A DNA stretch of 64,000 nucleotides from Azolla caroliniana (Eukaryota; Plantae; Polypodiophyta). Of this stretch, positions 23,200 to 37,000 are shown in pieces. Location: the NCBI GenBank assembly GCA_043228905.1, contig JBHGNT010000008.1, forward strand, positions 10,912,001-10,976,000. Reading direction: 5' to 3'. Every line of letters starts with the position of its first letter. Positions within the stretch are counted from its first letter, which is position 1. A program made the translations under genes and the position numbers. The notes under the pieces are model-generated. The model was not told where the DNA came from. It searched no databases and worked only from the letters and a program-made list of their open reading frames with translations.

Positions 23200-25440
23200 A
23201 CTCACATGGTTTTACCCTTACATAAAGGTGGAGATGTAAATAATGTAAACAATTGTCGAACCATCATGGTTGGCTCATTAAGGGCAAAACTATTTGGATG
23301 TATAATGGAATCAAAGATAAGTGTATGGGCTGAAAAAATGGTAAGAGAGCTTATGGACAAGCTGGCTTTCGAAAACACCATAGCACCATTGATCACCTTG
23401 TCACCCTTCGAGTATTAATGGAGGAAAGTCGCCTTAGAGGTAAAGGTTTATATTGTTGCTTTGTAGACTTCAAGAAAGCTTTTGATATGGTACCTTGTGA
23501 GCATCTTTGGAGGAGAATGGAGGAACTTGAGGTTCCAAGTGAATATATGCTTGCAATCTCCTGAATTTATGAGAAGGTTATATGTTGTGTGTGTATGAGA
23601 GATAAACTTTTAGATTTTTTCAAAAGCACTATTGGTGTTGAGCAAGGATGCCCACTCTCACCAACACTATTTGGTCTATGCATTGATTAATTGGAAGAAA
23701 TGGTTACCAAGTTTGCAAAGGAAGAATGTGTTGAAGAAGTTGCCATTGGGAATGTTGTGATTATGCTTTTGCTATATGCATATGATGTAGTGCATTTTGC
23801 AAATACTTTAGGAGATGCACAAAAGCTTATGAAGGCATTGGGAAAAAAATTTATGCATACTAAATTAAGTGTCAATAGTTCTAAACCAAATATTATGCTT
23901 GTAAAGAGCCAAAAAAGACATAAACCATGCATTATGTACAACAATGAGCCACTTGAATGTGTGGAAAGCTTCAAATATCTTGCCCTTGAAGTTCCTTCAA
24001 ATCATAAATGGAATTAATGTGCTACACGCTGCTTAGAGGCGGGTAAGCGAGCATACTATGCATTTGAGAACACATGCAATCTTGGAGATATTAAGTGTTG
24101 GGTCCTCAAGAAATATCTTTTCGACACTTTGGTGACACCAGTTCTTTTCTATGGGGTGGAAATATGGGGCGGTAGCATCCCTAAATCTATGTGGAAAGAG
24201 TTTGAAAAAGTCCAAAAACATTTTCTTACAAACTTTCTACAAGTTAAGAAACAAACGCCCTACACCCTCCTCCTCCTTGAGATGGGATTGCTTCCCATTG
24301 AGATCACGGCCATGGAAAGTGTTGTTGATGTTGAGAGACAAGCTCAACATCGGCCGGATCGGCTGAAGAAGCCGAGGACCGGATCGGTTGGGACCGATCG
24401 GTTAGGCCGAATGCGTAAACCGGTACGCAGACCGGTGCGTAGGTAGGGCCGGATCGGTGCGTAAACCGGGAGGCCGTTAGGAAAGATATTCCGTGAGGAA
24501 TATATTTGGGAGTTAGTATAGGAGCTCTTAATGAGCATTGAAGTACTGTCAGTACTTCGGTCAGTCCTTCTAGGACTTGTATAAAAGTGTTCATTGAACA
24601 CACATATGTATAGAGTGTGGTGAATAGAGGTTTAGTACTGCTGTTGAATATATAGTTCTTGTTTTTCCTCTCTCACTCTCTCTGTCTCTCCCGCGTATAC
24701 TGCGTAAGCTCAAGCTCTCCATTAAACCTGAGTTTTCTTCCTTTTGTTCCGTCTTCATACTTGCTTCCGCACGTTACTTTTTATAGTTGAATACATGCTT
24801 AAGGTTCAAAAAAGTCCCTCATATGGACTTCCTAGAATTGCATGGGAAGAAAGCAAAAAGATCCAAAAGACACATAAAAGCAAAATTTTGTATTCCGGTT
24901 GGATGCAAGATATAGAAAAATGGTTTGGTAGATGGGATGCAAGATACTTGCTTCATGATGCATCACTAGATTCCTCTGTAAATGAGGCCTTTTTGCAACA
25001 CCAATGTATCATGACATGGGACAAATGTGGAGGTTCACGTTTCACACATTATACTACACATGTTGCACCTAACTACAAAACCATGTTGCACCCATACAGG
25101 TATCTACCATTCGAACCATTTCTTCCATGTGACTTAGCTCACATGCATTGGGGCACAAGTAATGAGAGTGGTCTGCTATGCACACTTTGCCTTAAACAAG
25201 TTTGCGAGTCTCAGTATCACACTTTGATACAATGCTCTGACTTTGATCATATTCGATCATGCTTTCCACTTCTCTTCAACCAAGCCTAATCCTTGCATGA
25301 ATTCCTCTCACAACCACAATATGCACTCTCGATTGCAAGATTCACTGGTAATGTTCTTGAACATCAAGATTCACTACTCACTTTCACATGTATCACGTGA
25401 AATGTAATATTTTTGGTCTTATAGGTCATGTTTGACCCCC
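23200..25440 (+). mobile_element. 5'-truncated non-LTR retrotransposon (RTE-like RT), split by a solo LTR
   Basis: LPLHKGGD..CRTI, FVDFKKAFD, QGCPLSPTLF, LLYAYDV, FKYL and a C-terminal CTLC...H....C. The frame rejoins across the insertion as ESVVE|YML. Confidence 0.85.
24329..24785 (+). repeat. Solo Copia LTR
   Basis: Starts TGTTGAGAGACAAGCTCAA like the other Copia LTRs here; 5-bp TSD GTTGA (24324-24328 and 24786-24790). Confidence 0.9.
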
Positions 25441-25539
25441 GAAGACGATAATATAATTTATCTATCTCTCTCTTTGTTTGTTTGTGTGTGTGTGTATAAT
25501 TGTGCATATCTCTACCTACATTGTCTGCTAGACTAATCG

Positions 25540-26801
25540 ACAAGTCCTTAATCTTCTTCCACATCAACATCTCTACATATTATCTTCCACACCACTTTGA
25601 CTCTCCCTACCCATGGAGGGTTCGGACCCACCGTCAGCATTTCTATTATGCCTTTGGTTCTAGTCCTGTCGGTCGCCTCCATTAGATGTAGGCCCGCCTC
25701 GTCCACCACGACCACGGGTCCCATCCGCCTCCGTGTACAACATCTTTCTGTCGGCATGCGTGAAGAATGACGACGTATTCTCTCTCGTGCAGATCGCAGT
25801 TCAGAATGATCCAAACTTAGACGCTAGCCCTCTGAGACAAACCTACACCATTTTGTCCTCCTCGGCGATCACATTGATGGAGGCGAGAGAGACACATATC
25901 TCCTTGATCTGGGCTTTGTAGTCAGCCACAAACATATCTCTCTCTCTGACATTGCTCAACTCTTGTTTGAGTTGTAGTTTCTTGGCCATCATGCTTGCTA
26001 CAAAGACCCTCTTCAGGTTCGTCCAAGCATATTGGGGTCCCGAATGTAGCTGAGTAGCATATCTCTAAGATTGGACGCGAAGCAGTACATTACTCTACTT
26101 GCCACTTGCTCCCAGGTCGAAAAGTTCTTGTGTGTCGCATTTGGTGCTGCATCATTCCCTCCTTCGACATAGCTCTAGTACATATGTCCAAGTAAGTACT
26201 AGTGCATCTTGTACGACCAAGATGCATAGTTGCTCCTATCGAGCTTTTAGATCGGAAGTGAGCTTCCCATACCTCTATCCATGTTCTTGTTGTTTGGGAG
26301 AAAACTATTTGTTTGTGTGTTGAAATCGTTTTGTCAGTAGCAGGGGATTCTTCTAACCCTCGCGCTCTAGTACCTTGTAAAAGAAAACATGTGGAATCAT
26401 ATGTAGAAGATAGTAAGTACCAGTCAGTTATCCGGAAGTGTAACAATTAGGTAAACACAAAGAATGTAGATACACAGTATGAGAGAGAGATAGAGAGAGC
26501 AAACAACAATACTTTATTCAAATTAATCAAAACATTGTACATAAAATGTGCTCAGTGAGAACTCTTTATACAAGTCTTGAGAAGTACTTTAATGCTCATT
26601 AACTAAGCCTGGCACTGACAACCTATAATATTCCTATGAGGAATATTGACCCTAATGGCCTGCCGACTCCCTACTAATCCGACCGAGCCGATCTGTCTCC
26701 ATCCGGTCCAGCTCTCCGCTTCTTTAGCCAATCCAATCCTAACAGATCCGATTCTCGATTTTTACAACCGATCCGGCCCAAGTTGAGCTTGCTCGCTCAA
26801 C
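25540..26801 (-). mobile_element. Copia 5' fragment (LTR 26376-26801, degenerate PBS, gag)
   Basis: gag homologous to 32900-33650; LTR terminus GAGCTTGCTCGCTCAAC; PBS-like GGTACTAGAGCG on the minus strand at about 26362-26374. Confidence 0.8.
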
Positions 26802-27040
26802 TTTTGGTACTCTGGAAGGGATACCCAATATCTGAAGCTACTTGGGAATCTTCCAACCATTTGACAAATGTAGTTGAGGCAATTCGTACTTTACACCTTT
26901 GTTATCCACACAAGCCTTTGCCGCCTGGAATTTCGTGCTAAACAAGGGGTATAATGTTATGGACATGACAACGATCATGTCAAGATTTCAACTCTTGACT
27001 TGTTGTATCATAATCGATTGTTATGTGTTAACCAACATTG
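26802..27040 (+). mobile_element. Chromovirus 3' remnant: chromodomain, PPT-like tract, start of LTR
   Basis: 26804-26941 reads LVLWKGYPISEATWESSNHLTNVVEAIRTLHLCYPHKP, then AAGGGG and TGTTATGG at 26955. Confidence 0.75.
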
Positions 27041-27345
27041 TAGCTAATTAACTGCTACACTATAGATTGGGAGTAGCTAATTAGCAACATCTTAGCTAAT
27101 TAACTACTCTACTTAAGTATGGCAGTAGCTAATTAGCTACCACTCTTGATACTGCTTAGCTAATCACCTACATTGTAGCTAATTAGCTACTACACTACAG
27201 AACCACAATAGCTAAATAGCTACCACATTTTATACTGCTTAGCTAAAACTCTATGTTGTAGTTGATTAGCTACTACACTACAAAACCATAATAATTAATT
27301 AGCTACCACATTTTATACTGCTTAGCTAATTAGCTACTACACGAT
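27040..27345. repeat. Second AGCTAATTAGCT array (a short patch also lies at 23130-23190)
   Basis: Same motifs as 14435-14698, including CTACTACACTACA. Confidence 0.8.
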
Positions 27346-27769
27346 AGAGGCAAGCAGCAAATTTACCTACGAAATATCAGTGTTGTGCCAACCAATTAAG
27401 GAGGTTGCATGAGGTGTTTAGTGCCGATGATGCCACAACTGATGAGGAGATAGTTGGCAATGTGGCTGAAAGTCAGAGTCCTGCTATCACATCTCCTTTA
27501 GATCAGCTTCACCTTATTCTTTTGGGAGATTGTACTGAATTAGGCAACATTGTGAAAAGCCATTAAATATTGGACCCGACATGTAAATCTGAGGTTCATA
27601 ACAACAATGTTTTTGAACACTTAATACAACATTTCTTCGAATACCAAAACCTTCATTCAACCCCACCAAGCCCAATTGTTGATGATGTCCCATTAGATGC
27701 CACTCTACTTGAACGGATAGCGCAAGAACCGGCTGATGTTGTCAAGGAAATCCTCGTGTGTTTGCAAAA

Positions 27770-27875
27770 TGATGCGGGGCGACCGGGGTTCTAGACAGGA
27801 AGGATTCAAAGTTTGTACTAGCTTTATCGAGAAAGTATTTAAGATAGAAAGAGAGAGATTCCACTTTTTAGACAG

Positions 27876-27911
<36 letters not shown>

Positions 27912-30900
27912 AACCCTTCACTTCAATTTGAGAGACAACATACATCACCAATAAGATAACTAGATTTTTTATTAGAAGTTTTTTCGTTCAATACATAGCT
28001 TGCCCCCATCCTTTTTCTTTTTCTTCGTTTATAGATGGCCCCATGCATATGATGCATGTGAGTGTACAAGATATGCATAATGCATGGAATACATGTGATG
28101 CATATTTGCCATTTGGCATTCATGCATCACATGTGATACATGATGAGCATGTCACTCATCCAAGCTCTCATGTATGAGAATTTACATGTGAAAAGTACAA
28201 TGATGAAAATAAACTTCAAAGAAATATCTTAGCCTAATAGTATATGTCAATTGTCTCCTATCTAGGGGGTCTAAGGGTCAAAACCTATCTGTACACATTA
28301 ATGTATCAGTAATATATGAGTGTAACCATCACCCCTTTCATGCATGTGCATATTGCACCTTCTCGGTTTTCTCCTTTCCACGTGATTTTCACACCATTGC
28401 CGAAAATCGTCATGACATCCACCCTCACCAAACCGCATGTCATCTAGTTTGTGCCAAGAAGAGAGAGTGTCAGATTTCGTCTACAGTGATTAGTACGATT
28501 CCTCCATTTCGAGCATGTCCATTCCTTTCATTGGAACTATTGTCTCCACCCAATCCACCATATCATCCACTCATTCTTTGCTTTACCATTACCAGTTGTC
28601 ATGACCCCTTGTTCTCGTTCCGAGCATAACCGTTTAGGCGTTATGCATGTTCTGCCTTTGTCCCGATCGTCTCCTTGCTCAAGGTACTTTGACCCGTCAC
28701 ACTTTTTTTTTGTGTCTTTCTCCCCAAGCTTTTATCTGAATAATGACATTGACTACCCCATGTAGTACCTTCAAGTGCATGCCCACTTCGAGATCCTTAC
28801 ATGACCATGCTTTATGTTTCTCACTTTGTCCACTTTCATGATACAATCTCATGTTAGAGTTGACAATCTTCACACTAGTGTCTTTGTTAGATGTTTTGAT
28901 CACATAATTCGGATCCTTATGGCTCGCTTGGCCATCATCATCCCTTGTCATACTTTGGTCGGACTCTTTGTTGTACACATCAACTTTCGTCTCTATGCTT
29001 TGCTTGACCTCTTCCTCCCACACATGAACTTCAACCCTTGCTTCTTCACCGTCACTGTCCTTCTCTTGGGTCTTACATCGATTAATGCCCAAGTTTCCAG
29101 AATGAGTGTGGAGAGACCATATGTATTTGTCGTCCATGCCCCGACATTGTTATTTGCATTGGCTTGGACCTTCGCTTCCTCCCCATCATCTTCTGTCTCT
29201 TGGGTCTCACGTTGGCTTTGAAACGCAACTGCCCATGTCTTTAGAACATGTGTGAAGGAATCCATTTATCTTTGGTTAATTGCCTCTGACACCTTTCTCT
29301 TGATGTCATCTTTCACATCGGATTTTAACTTCCCCTCATTGCCGCCTTCCATCTATGGGTCTTATGTTAGTTCTTGGACGCAACCACCCAAGTCTCTGGA
29401 TTAAAGATTAGCGTGGGGAAAGTCTTGTCACCACCATTCACCATCGACTCATCCTTATCTATCCTCGCCTTGATGTTGTTATCCTCATTGGCTTCATCCT
29501 TCACTTCCCCGGAGCCACCTTCCGTCTCTTCGGTCTCATGTTGGCTCTCGAACGCAACTGTCGAAGTCTCTATAACAAGTGTGGAGGAATCCTCTCCATG
29601 GTCGTTGTTCTCTCTTGCCATCTTCAGGCCAATGTCATTGTCTGTATTGTCTTGGTCTTTCTCTTTATCTTCACCACCATCTGTCCCTTGGGTGTCATGT
29701 TGGTTCTTAGATGCAATTGCCCAAGTCTCTAGAACAAGTGTGGAGAAAGTATCACCATGTTTGTCGGCCACCCTTGTTGTCTTGTTGATAGCCACCTCCT
29801 TGATGTCGTCTTTACTGGCTAAATCCTCAATCATGCCAGCCTCACACTCTTTATCTCCCTTGACACAAGCTTCGATTAGGCTTGCTCCTTCATCATCCGA
29901 TGTTCCAAACACAACGCATGTTCCGAAACATTCTTCCTCTCTCGAAGTGGCCTACGTCGTCCTCGAGTGATCATCAATCTTCTTTTTCATCCAAGTTGCT
30001 TTGTTTAGACAGCTTGACTTCTTTAGATGGTCTTGCTTTTTGTACGCTTGGCCTTACCAAGTCAATGTCATCAACCCATTGACAACGCTTGTCGAGCTTG
30101 TTGCACGCTCGCTTCACCGCAATCCAGTCGGCCACAAGCATGTTCGTTTCGGTATCATCTTCAAGGAGAGTCCCCAATTCTTGTCTATCCTTCATATCCA
30201 CAACTTTGGGGAAGTACAAAGTCTTGTCCTCCTCAAGCAACACTTGGTCCATGATGGGGAGACGACCAAACATTTTATCAAACTTGTCATACACCCTTGA
30301 TGCGCACATCTTCTTATTTTTCTTCTCTATCCACTTCATTAAGACATGTTGAATCATCCTTGACAAATCATTGGTCGTGAACTCCGCTAATATTGCTTTC
30401 TCGAATTTGGACCATGTTGTCTTCCCTTCTTGGAGCTCGATGACCCGCCTTTGGAAGTTGTTGGCAACGACTCGCTTGAAACATGAGATTTGACATGGTT
30501 CTGACACATCCCTTTGATTCATCTCCCTTTTGTATGCATCAAGGAACTTCGTAATGTATCTTCCATCAAATTGACCCAAGACCTCCACGACACTATCAAC
30601 AACCTTCTCCACACTCACATCGTTGTCCCGAGATCTCATCATTTGTTCGACGATTACCATCATCCTTTCAAACTGTCCTGCTTGATTGCTTCAGTATGCC
30701 ATCTCCAAGTATCGGTCGATCCTCGTCTCGATCATCTTCCTACCACTTCTTCACGTTGGGTTCACCAAGAAAGATGTCGAGGAAATGCTCGCGTTTTCGT
30801 GAAATGAAGTAGAACCACCAGGGTCATGAACCGAAAGGATTTGAAGTTTGTACTCGCGTTAGCGAGAAAGTATTTAAGATAGATAGAGAGAGATTGAAAG

Positions 30901-31080
30901 ACAGAGATTCCAATTCTGAGACAGATTGAGAGAGAGAGAGAGATTGAACCCTTCAATTCAATTTTGAGAGACAAGATACATCACCAATAAGATAACTAGA
31001 TTTTTTATTAAATGTTTTTTTTTCATTCAGTACATAGCTTGCCCCCATGCATATGATGCATCTGAGGGTACAGGACATGC
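27770..31080 (-). mobile_element. Pol-less LTR element: gag-like ORF plus acidic repetitive ORF
   Basis: Direct repeats at about 27770-28417 and 30805-31080 (truncated); LTR start TGTCATGA at 28417 with PPT-like GGTGAGGGTGGA at 28418-28429; gag-like ORF 29974-30663. Confidence 0.75.
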
Positions 31081-34000
31081 ATTGTCCGTAGTCAGACTCG
31101 CTTCGATCTGACTCGGCATTGTTGAAATCGTACTCCGACATCTTTTTCTTCCCTTTCTCCTTGCGTGTAAACCATCTCCTCGGTTCCTTACGCGGGGACA
31201 TCATGGCCGAGTCTTCACTACACGTCGTCTCTTCATTTGGTTGACCATTTCGGTCCAACCCCTTATTCGGCCCACTCAGCCGAATTGAGATCTGACTCTC
31301 TCTCAGAGGTCCAATGTCCTCATCATGCGAAGGCATCTCAGCCTCGTTGACTTCTTCTTCAAAATTCAGAATGGAGTCATGAGGTACTGGAGGGGAAGGC
31401 AAGTACCACGAAGCGGACTTGTTGAACACGACATCTCGACTTACGGGTACTTCCTTTGTTCGGGGGTGATAACAGTTATAACCCTTCTGCTCGTCTGAAT
31501 AGCCAACTAAGATGCAGTTTTCGGCTTTGGCGTCCAACTTCCTCCTCTTTTCCTTCGGCACATGCACATATGCTATGCTACCGAAAATCCTCAAGTGTGC
31601 AAAGTTCGACTTCTTCCCAAAATACAATTCATGTGGCGACACTCCTCCATTAGTAGAAGTCCGATTCTATAGGTAGACAACCGTCCTCGTGGCTTCATCC
31701 CAATAGAATTTCGGCATATGCTTCTCTTCAAGCATTGCCCTGGGCGCTTCTTCGATTGTCTGATTCTTCCGCTCAGCCACGCCATTTTTTTGCGGCGTGT
31801 ATCTACACGAGAATTCGTGTTGAATTCCCTCCTTCTGTAGATAACTTGTGAATTGGTCGGAGAAGTACTCCTTCCCGCCATCAGACTGTAGGCATTTGAT
31901 CTTACACCATGTTTCCCTTTCCGCAAGGCTCTTCACGTTCAAGAAACATGCGAAGACTTTGGTCTTCTTCGCGATCGTGCATACCCACGTGTGCCAGGTG
32001 AAGTCGTTGATCAAGGTTACAAAGTAACGGCTTCCACCGAGACTCACGTTCTATGCCGGACCCCACACATCCGAATGGATCAAATCTAGCGGATTTTGAC
32101 TATGATTACGCTTGTTGGGGAATGGAAGTCAGTGTTGTTTTCCCACCGGGCAGGCTTCGCAGACTTGGCCATTCCAGCCTCGAAATTTCGGCAAGCTGAA
32201 CACAATGTTCTTCGTTTGCGTTTCACGAAGCCGCGGGAAGTTAATATGGCCGAACCGCTTATGCCCCAAGTCGATGTCCAACTCAACCTTCTGCCCTTTC
32301 GCAAACATAGCGGTGCCCACATTGTTGGTTTCGAGGATAAACATCCTCCCTTCAATGCGCCCTTGCATGATTACTTTGCTCTCCTCTTCTATGAAGCACC
32401 CTAGATGCTTGAATCGAACCTGCATCCATTGGTCGACGATCTGACCGACCGACACCAAGTTCTTCGTTACTGTAGGGACATGTAGCACGTTCAAGAGTTT
32501 CCCTTTCTGTCCGACATGGCTGAGGGGAACTTCATTGACATGTTCGATGGTATGCGGGGTGTCATCTCTCGTTTCGACTACCCCTTGCTTCTCCGGCTTC
32601 TCCAAGTATGACTATCATTCCTCATGACTCATCATATGATTTGACGCTCCGGAATCAACATACCACACCTTGCTAGATTTCGAGGTGTTCACGACCATTG
32701 AATTGGCCTTGTGCTTCAAAGGTAGGGCCTGATCCATCTCCGGCTCGTTCGGAGTCCTCAGCGTAGTGTGACTTTTGACGCCTTCCTGCATCTCTTCCGC
32801 TCGATCCAGCTTTGTCCGAATCGGCTTTTTTTTTCTTGCCACAGTACCAACATTCTGTCGCGGTCTTCTCTTGCCAGCTTCCGGCGCCGCCATGACTCCC
32901 CCTACTTCCGGAGGGTTTAGAATTGTTCCCGATATTTCGATTATGCCGTCCATTTTGCTCTTTTCAGCCGCCTCCAATATGCGCCGATCCGCCTCGTCCG
33001 CCACGACCACAAGGCCTATCTCTCTCGGTGTACAACATCTTGTCATCGGCATGCGTACTTGTCGACGCAAGCACGTTATTTTCCTCCACGAGCAACATTG
33101 ACTGAAGCTTGAAGAACGAAGGCGTATTCTCCCTCATTCAGACCGCCGTTCGGAATGCTCTGAACTTTGACGCTAACCCACCAAGACAAAATTGCACCAT
33201 TTCATCTTCCTCGACGTTCACGTTGACGGAGGCGAGAGAGTCGCAAATTTCTTTGATCTTGGAGGTCTAATCAGCCACCGACATATCTCGTTGATGAACA
33301 TTTCTCAACTCCTGCCTGAGTTGAAGGTTCCTGGTTCTGGTGCTAGCGACGAAAATCTTCTTGAGATTCGCCCATGCATCCTTTGGCGTCTTGGCATCCT
33401 GAATATGGCTCAATAGTTGGTCGCTCACAGAGGACACAAAGCAGTAGAGAACTCTACTTGCCGCCTGTTCTCAAGCCAAAAAAACCTTGTGTGTCAATTC
33501 GAGTGTTGTATCATTATCTCCTTCGACATAACTCCAGTAGCCATGACCACGCAGGTACTGGTGCATCTTGTACGACCAAGATGCATAGTTGCTCCTGTAG
33601 AGTTTCTCAGTTGGTAGCGAGCTTCCCATTCCTTTGTCCATGTTGATGTCTTTTCTTTTTCAAAAAACAAGAATAACAACTCAACTATGTCTCTCGGCTA
33701 CAAAGGACTTTGTAAATGATTACTTGTGGAAGCGTTAGAAAACAGAGGAAGTAGGGAATACAAGGAGTACACGGGAGAGACAGAGAGGGCAAAACGTAAG
33801 AGTTATATTCAAAATGATATAATCACTCTGTATTTACAATTGTGCTCAGTAGCACTATTTATACAAGTCCTCATGGGACTGACAGAAGTACAATGTACTT
33901 CAATACTCACACGAGCTTTTGACACTTACTACGAGACTATAATTGCCTAGTAGTCTAAACTAATACTAGGCTTCCGGTTACCGATTGGATCCGGCTAATC

Positions 34001-37000
34001 GGCTCCCCAGCTCACCGGCTTTGGTGCTTACCGGCTTACCGATCCATCTCGCTTGTTGGCTCAGGCTTATTCAGCCGATTCGGCTCCAGTTGAGCTTGCC
34101 GCTCAACACTCCCCCTCAACCTCAACTTCAGGTTGGATCCTAGTGTCAATCTCTGTGGCAGGCGGTTCTTCCAACCGACTTCTCCTGGCGTCGCTCCGCC
34201 TTGCTCGCGCTCCTCGTCCGGTCCGGTTCTGTTTGCCGCGACCCCTCTTGTTCTGAGCGCCTCCATCTTCTCGGTATGTCTGTTCAATAGGCCCCTCTCA
34301 GCTCCTTCGTTACTATGACTCCGGCGCTTATCGATCTCTCGGTTCCTCCGCGATGGCATCAACTTCCGATGCATCCGTGTCAGCTTGGCCTTGAATTGAT
34401 CCGGTTCTTCCGAATCTGTCTTTTGAACCGAATCGTCTGTCTCCGATTCGTTCCAGCTCTTGTCCGAATTGGTTGCTCCCGATTTGTCTTCTAGTTCCAA
34501 GCCCTTCACCACATCGGACCATGTCCGAGTCTTGGCCTTCTTCCTTCGGTCGGCTCTGTCCTTCTTGACTCTACCGCCTTATGTTCTTCCCTCACCGGCG
34601 CAATCGGCAGTCTCTTTGCCTTTGCCTGTTCCGATGTCTTTGCCCATTCTCCCCCTCAAGTGTGGCACGTCGAGATGCTGAACACCAAGCATTTCAGTGA
34701 AGTGCTACAACTTGTCCGATCCAAGTGATTTGGTGAAGATGTCGGCAACTTGCCGATCCGTGTGAACATACCGAAGTTCAACCTCACCGCTTAGGACACG
34801 CTCACGCACGAAGTGATAGTGCACTTCTATGTGTTTTGTGCGAGCATGGAATACGGGGTTCTTGGCAAGTTGCATGCTACTTATGTTGTCGCAGTAGACC
34901 AGAATCGGGGTCGGTACCTCGATCCGTAGGTCTTGCAGCTGTCACCGAAGCCAAATGGCTTCACTGGTGGCAATAGTAGCGCCCCGATACTCAGCCTCAG
35001 TGCTCGACAGAGCAACTATTGGCTGCTTTTTGCTGCTCCACGCAACAGCCGCGCTACCTAGGGAAAACATGTAACCGGAGGCTGATTGGCGATCTGATGC
35101 ATCGCCGACCCAGTCGGCATCTGTGTAACCGACCAACTCTTTGGTTATACCTCGCCGATATAACAGTCCCCAGTCCTTCGTGCCGCTTACATATCGCAGT
35201 ATTCGTTGTGCGCATTGAAGGTGCTCCACGGACGGCTTCTGCTTGAACTGACTTATCATTCCGACCGGATAGCTGATGTCGGGTCGGGTGATGGTCAGGT
35301 AAATAAGGCTTCCAACAATTTGTCGGAACCATTTCTCGTTACAGGACGGTCCGGTGTTGGGACAGAGCTTCTGGTTCCGGTCCAAGGGTGTGGAGACAGG
35401 TCAGCATTCTGTCATGCCAAACTTGTACAACATATTCAAAAAGTAATGTCATTGTGAGAGTAATATGCCGTCGGGGGTTCGGATCACCTCAATCCCAAGA
35501 AAATAATGAAGGTCCTCTAGATCCTTCATCTCAAATGCGTCTGACAACTGGGACTTGACGCGGTTGATTTCTGGAATTCCTAGTCCGGTGATGACTAGAT
35601 CATCAACATACAGTAGTATACATATCGGACCGGCTGAGCCTTGCCGGATGAACAATGAAGAGTCCGATTTGGAGGCCACAAACCCCAGCTTACGCAACTT
35701 GTGCATGATCTTCGCATTCCAAGCTCGAGGGCCTTGCTTTAGGCCGTACAATGACTTCTTCAGCCGGCATACCGCCGACTTGTTCATCTCCGATTGAAAA
35801 CCGGGAGGCCATACAAAGACTTCTTCTTCAAGATCACCTTGAAGAAATGCATTCTTCAGATCCATCTGATGAAGATGCCACCCCCTTACCGCAACAACTG
35901 CCAACACCACACGAACCGTCGTCATCTTCGCTACAGGAGCGAAGGTCTCGTCGTAGTCGATTCCGTGGGTCTGCGCATATCCCTTCACCACTAACCGGGC
36001 CTTGTACCGGTTAACTGAACCGTCGACGTTGTACTTTACTTTGTACACCCACTTGCATCCGATCGGTTTACAGTGACAAGGAGGGTCAACCAGGTCCCAT
36101 GTCTTGTTGACATCAAGTGCCCACATTTCTTCCTCCATAATGGCACGCCAATTTGTGTCCTTGGCCGCTTCTGCGTAGCTCTCCGGCTCATGCACTTCCG
36201 CCACCTTAGTCATGTACGCATAGTGATGCGCCATGTACTCATTGTCCCCATACTGCTTGACTGGATCCTTCTGGAGGGTGGACCGATGTAACTCACTGTT
36301 ACCCGGTTTGAGGCCCTTCTTGGCCGGTTCGGTCTTCGTTGCCGAAGGTCCGCCTTTCTCCTTGCCGGAGTCGGATGCACACTGATCCGACTCATCGTTG
36401 CCGGTTTCGAATTCCGGCTTCTTCTTCTTCCTCTTCTCCTTGCGCGTGAACCGTCGCCTCGGTTCCTTGCGCGGGGAGTGCACGGTAGAGTCTCCACTAC
36501 TTGTTGGTTCCTCATCGGACTGGTCAGATTGACTCAGTCTCTCATTCGGCCCGCTCAACTGGAACGATTCCAGACTCTCATCTTGAGTCCACGCTTCATC
36601 ATCCTCTACCTGGGCCGGTTCAAGCTCACTAGCCTCATCCACCGGCATTGGGTCGGAATCGGAAGTCGAAGTCGAAGTCGGTAAGGAATACCATGATGCC
36701 GATTAATCGAACTTGACATCTCGACCAACTCGGACCTGCATAACCCTTCTGCTCTTGAGCGTAGCTGATTAGGATGCATTTTTCCGATTTTACATCCAGC
36801 TTCCTCCGCTTCTCTTCCGGTACATGCACATATGCAATGCTACCGAAGATCTTAAGGTGTCTTAAATTCGGCTTGCGCCTAAAATACAGCTCGTGAGCTG
36901 ACACCTTGTCATCGATCCGGTTCTGGATGTAGACAACCATTTGGACTGCCTCCGCCTAGTAGAATTGGGGCATGCTCTTCTCCTCCAGCATTGCCCTTGC

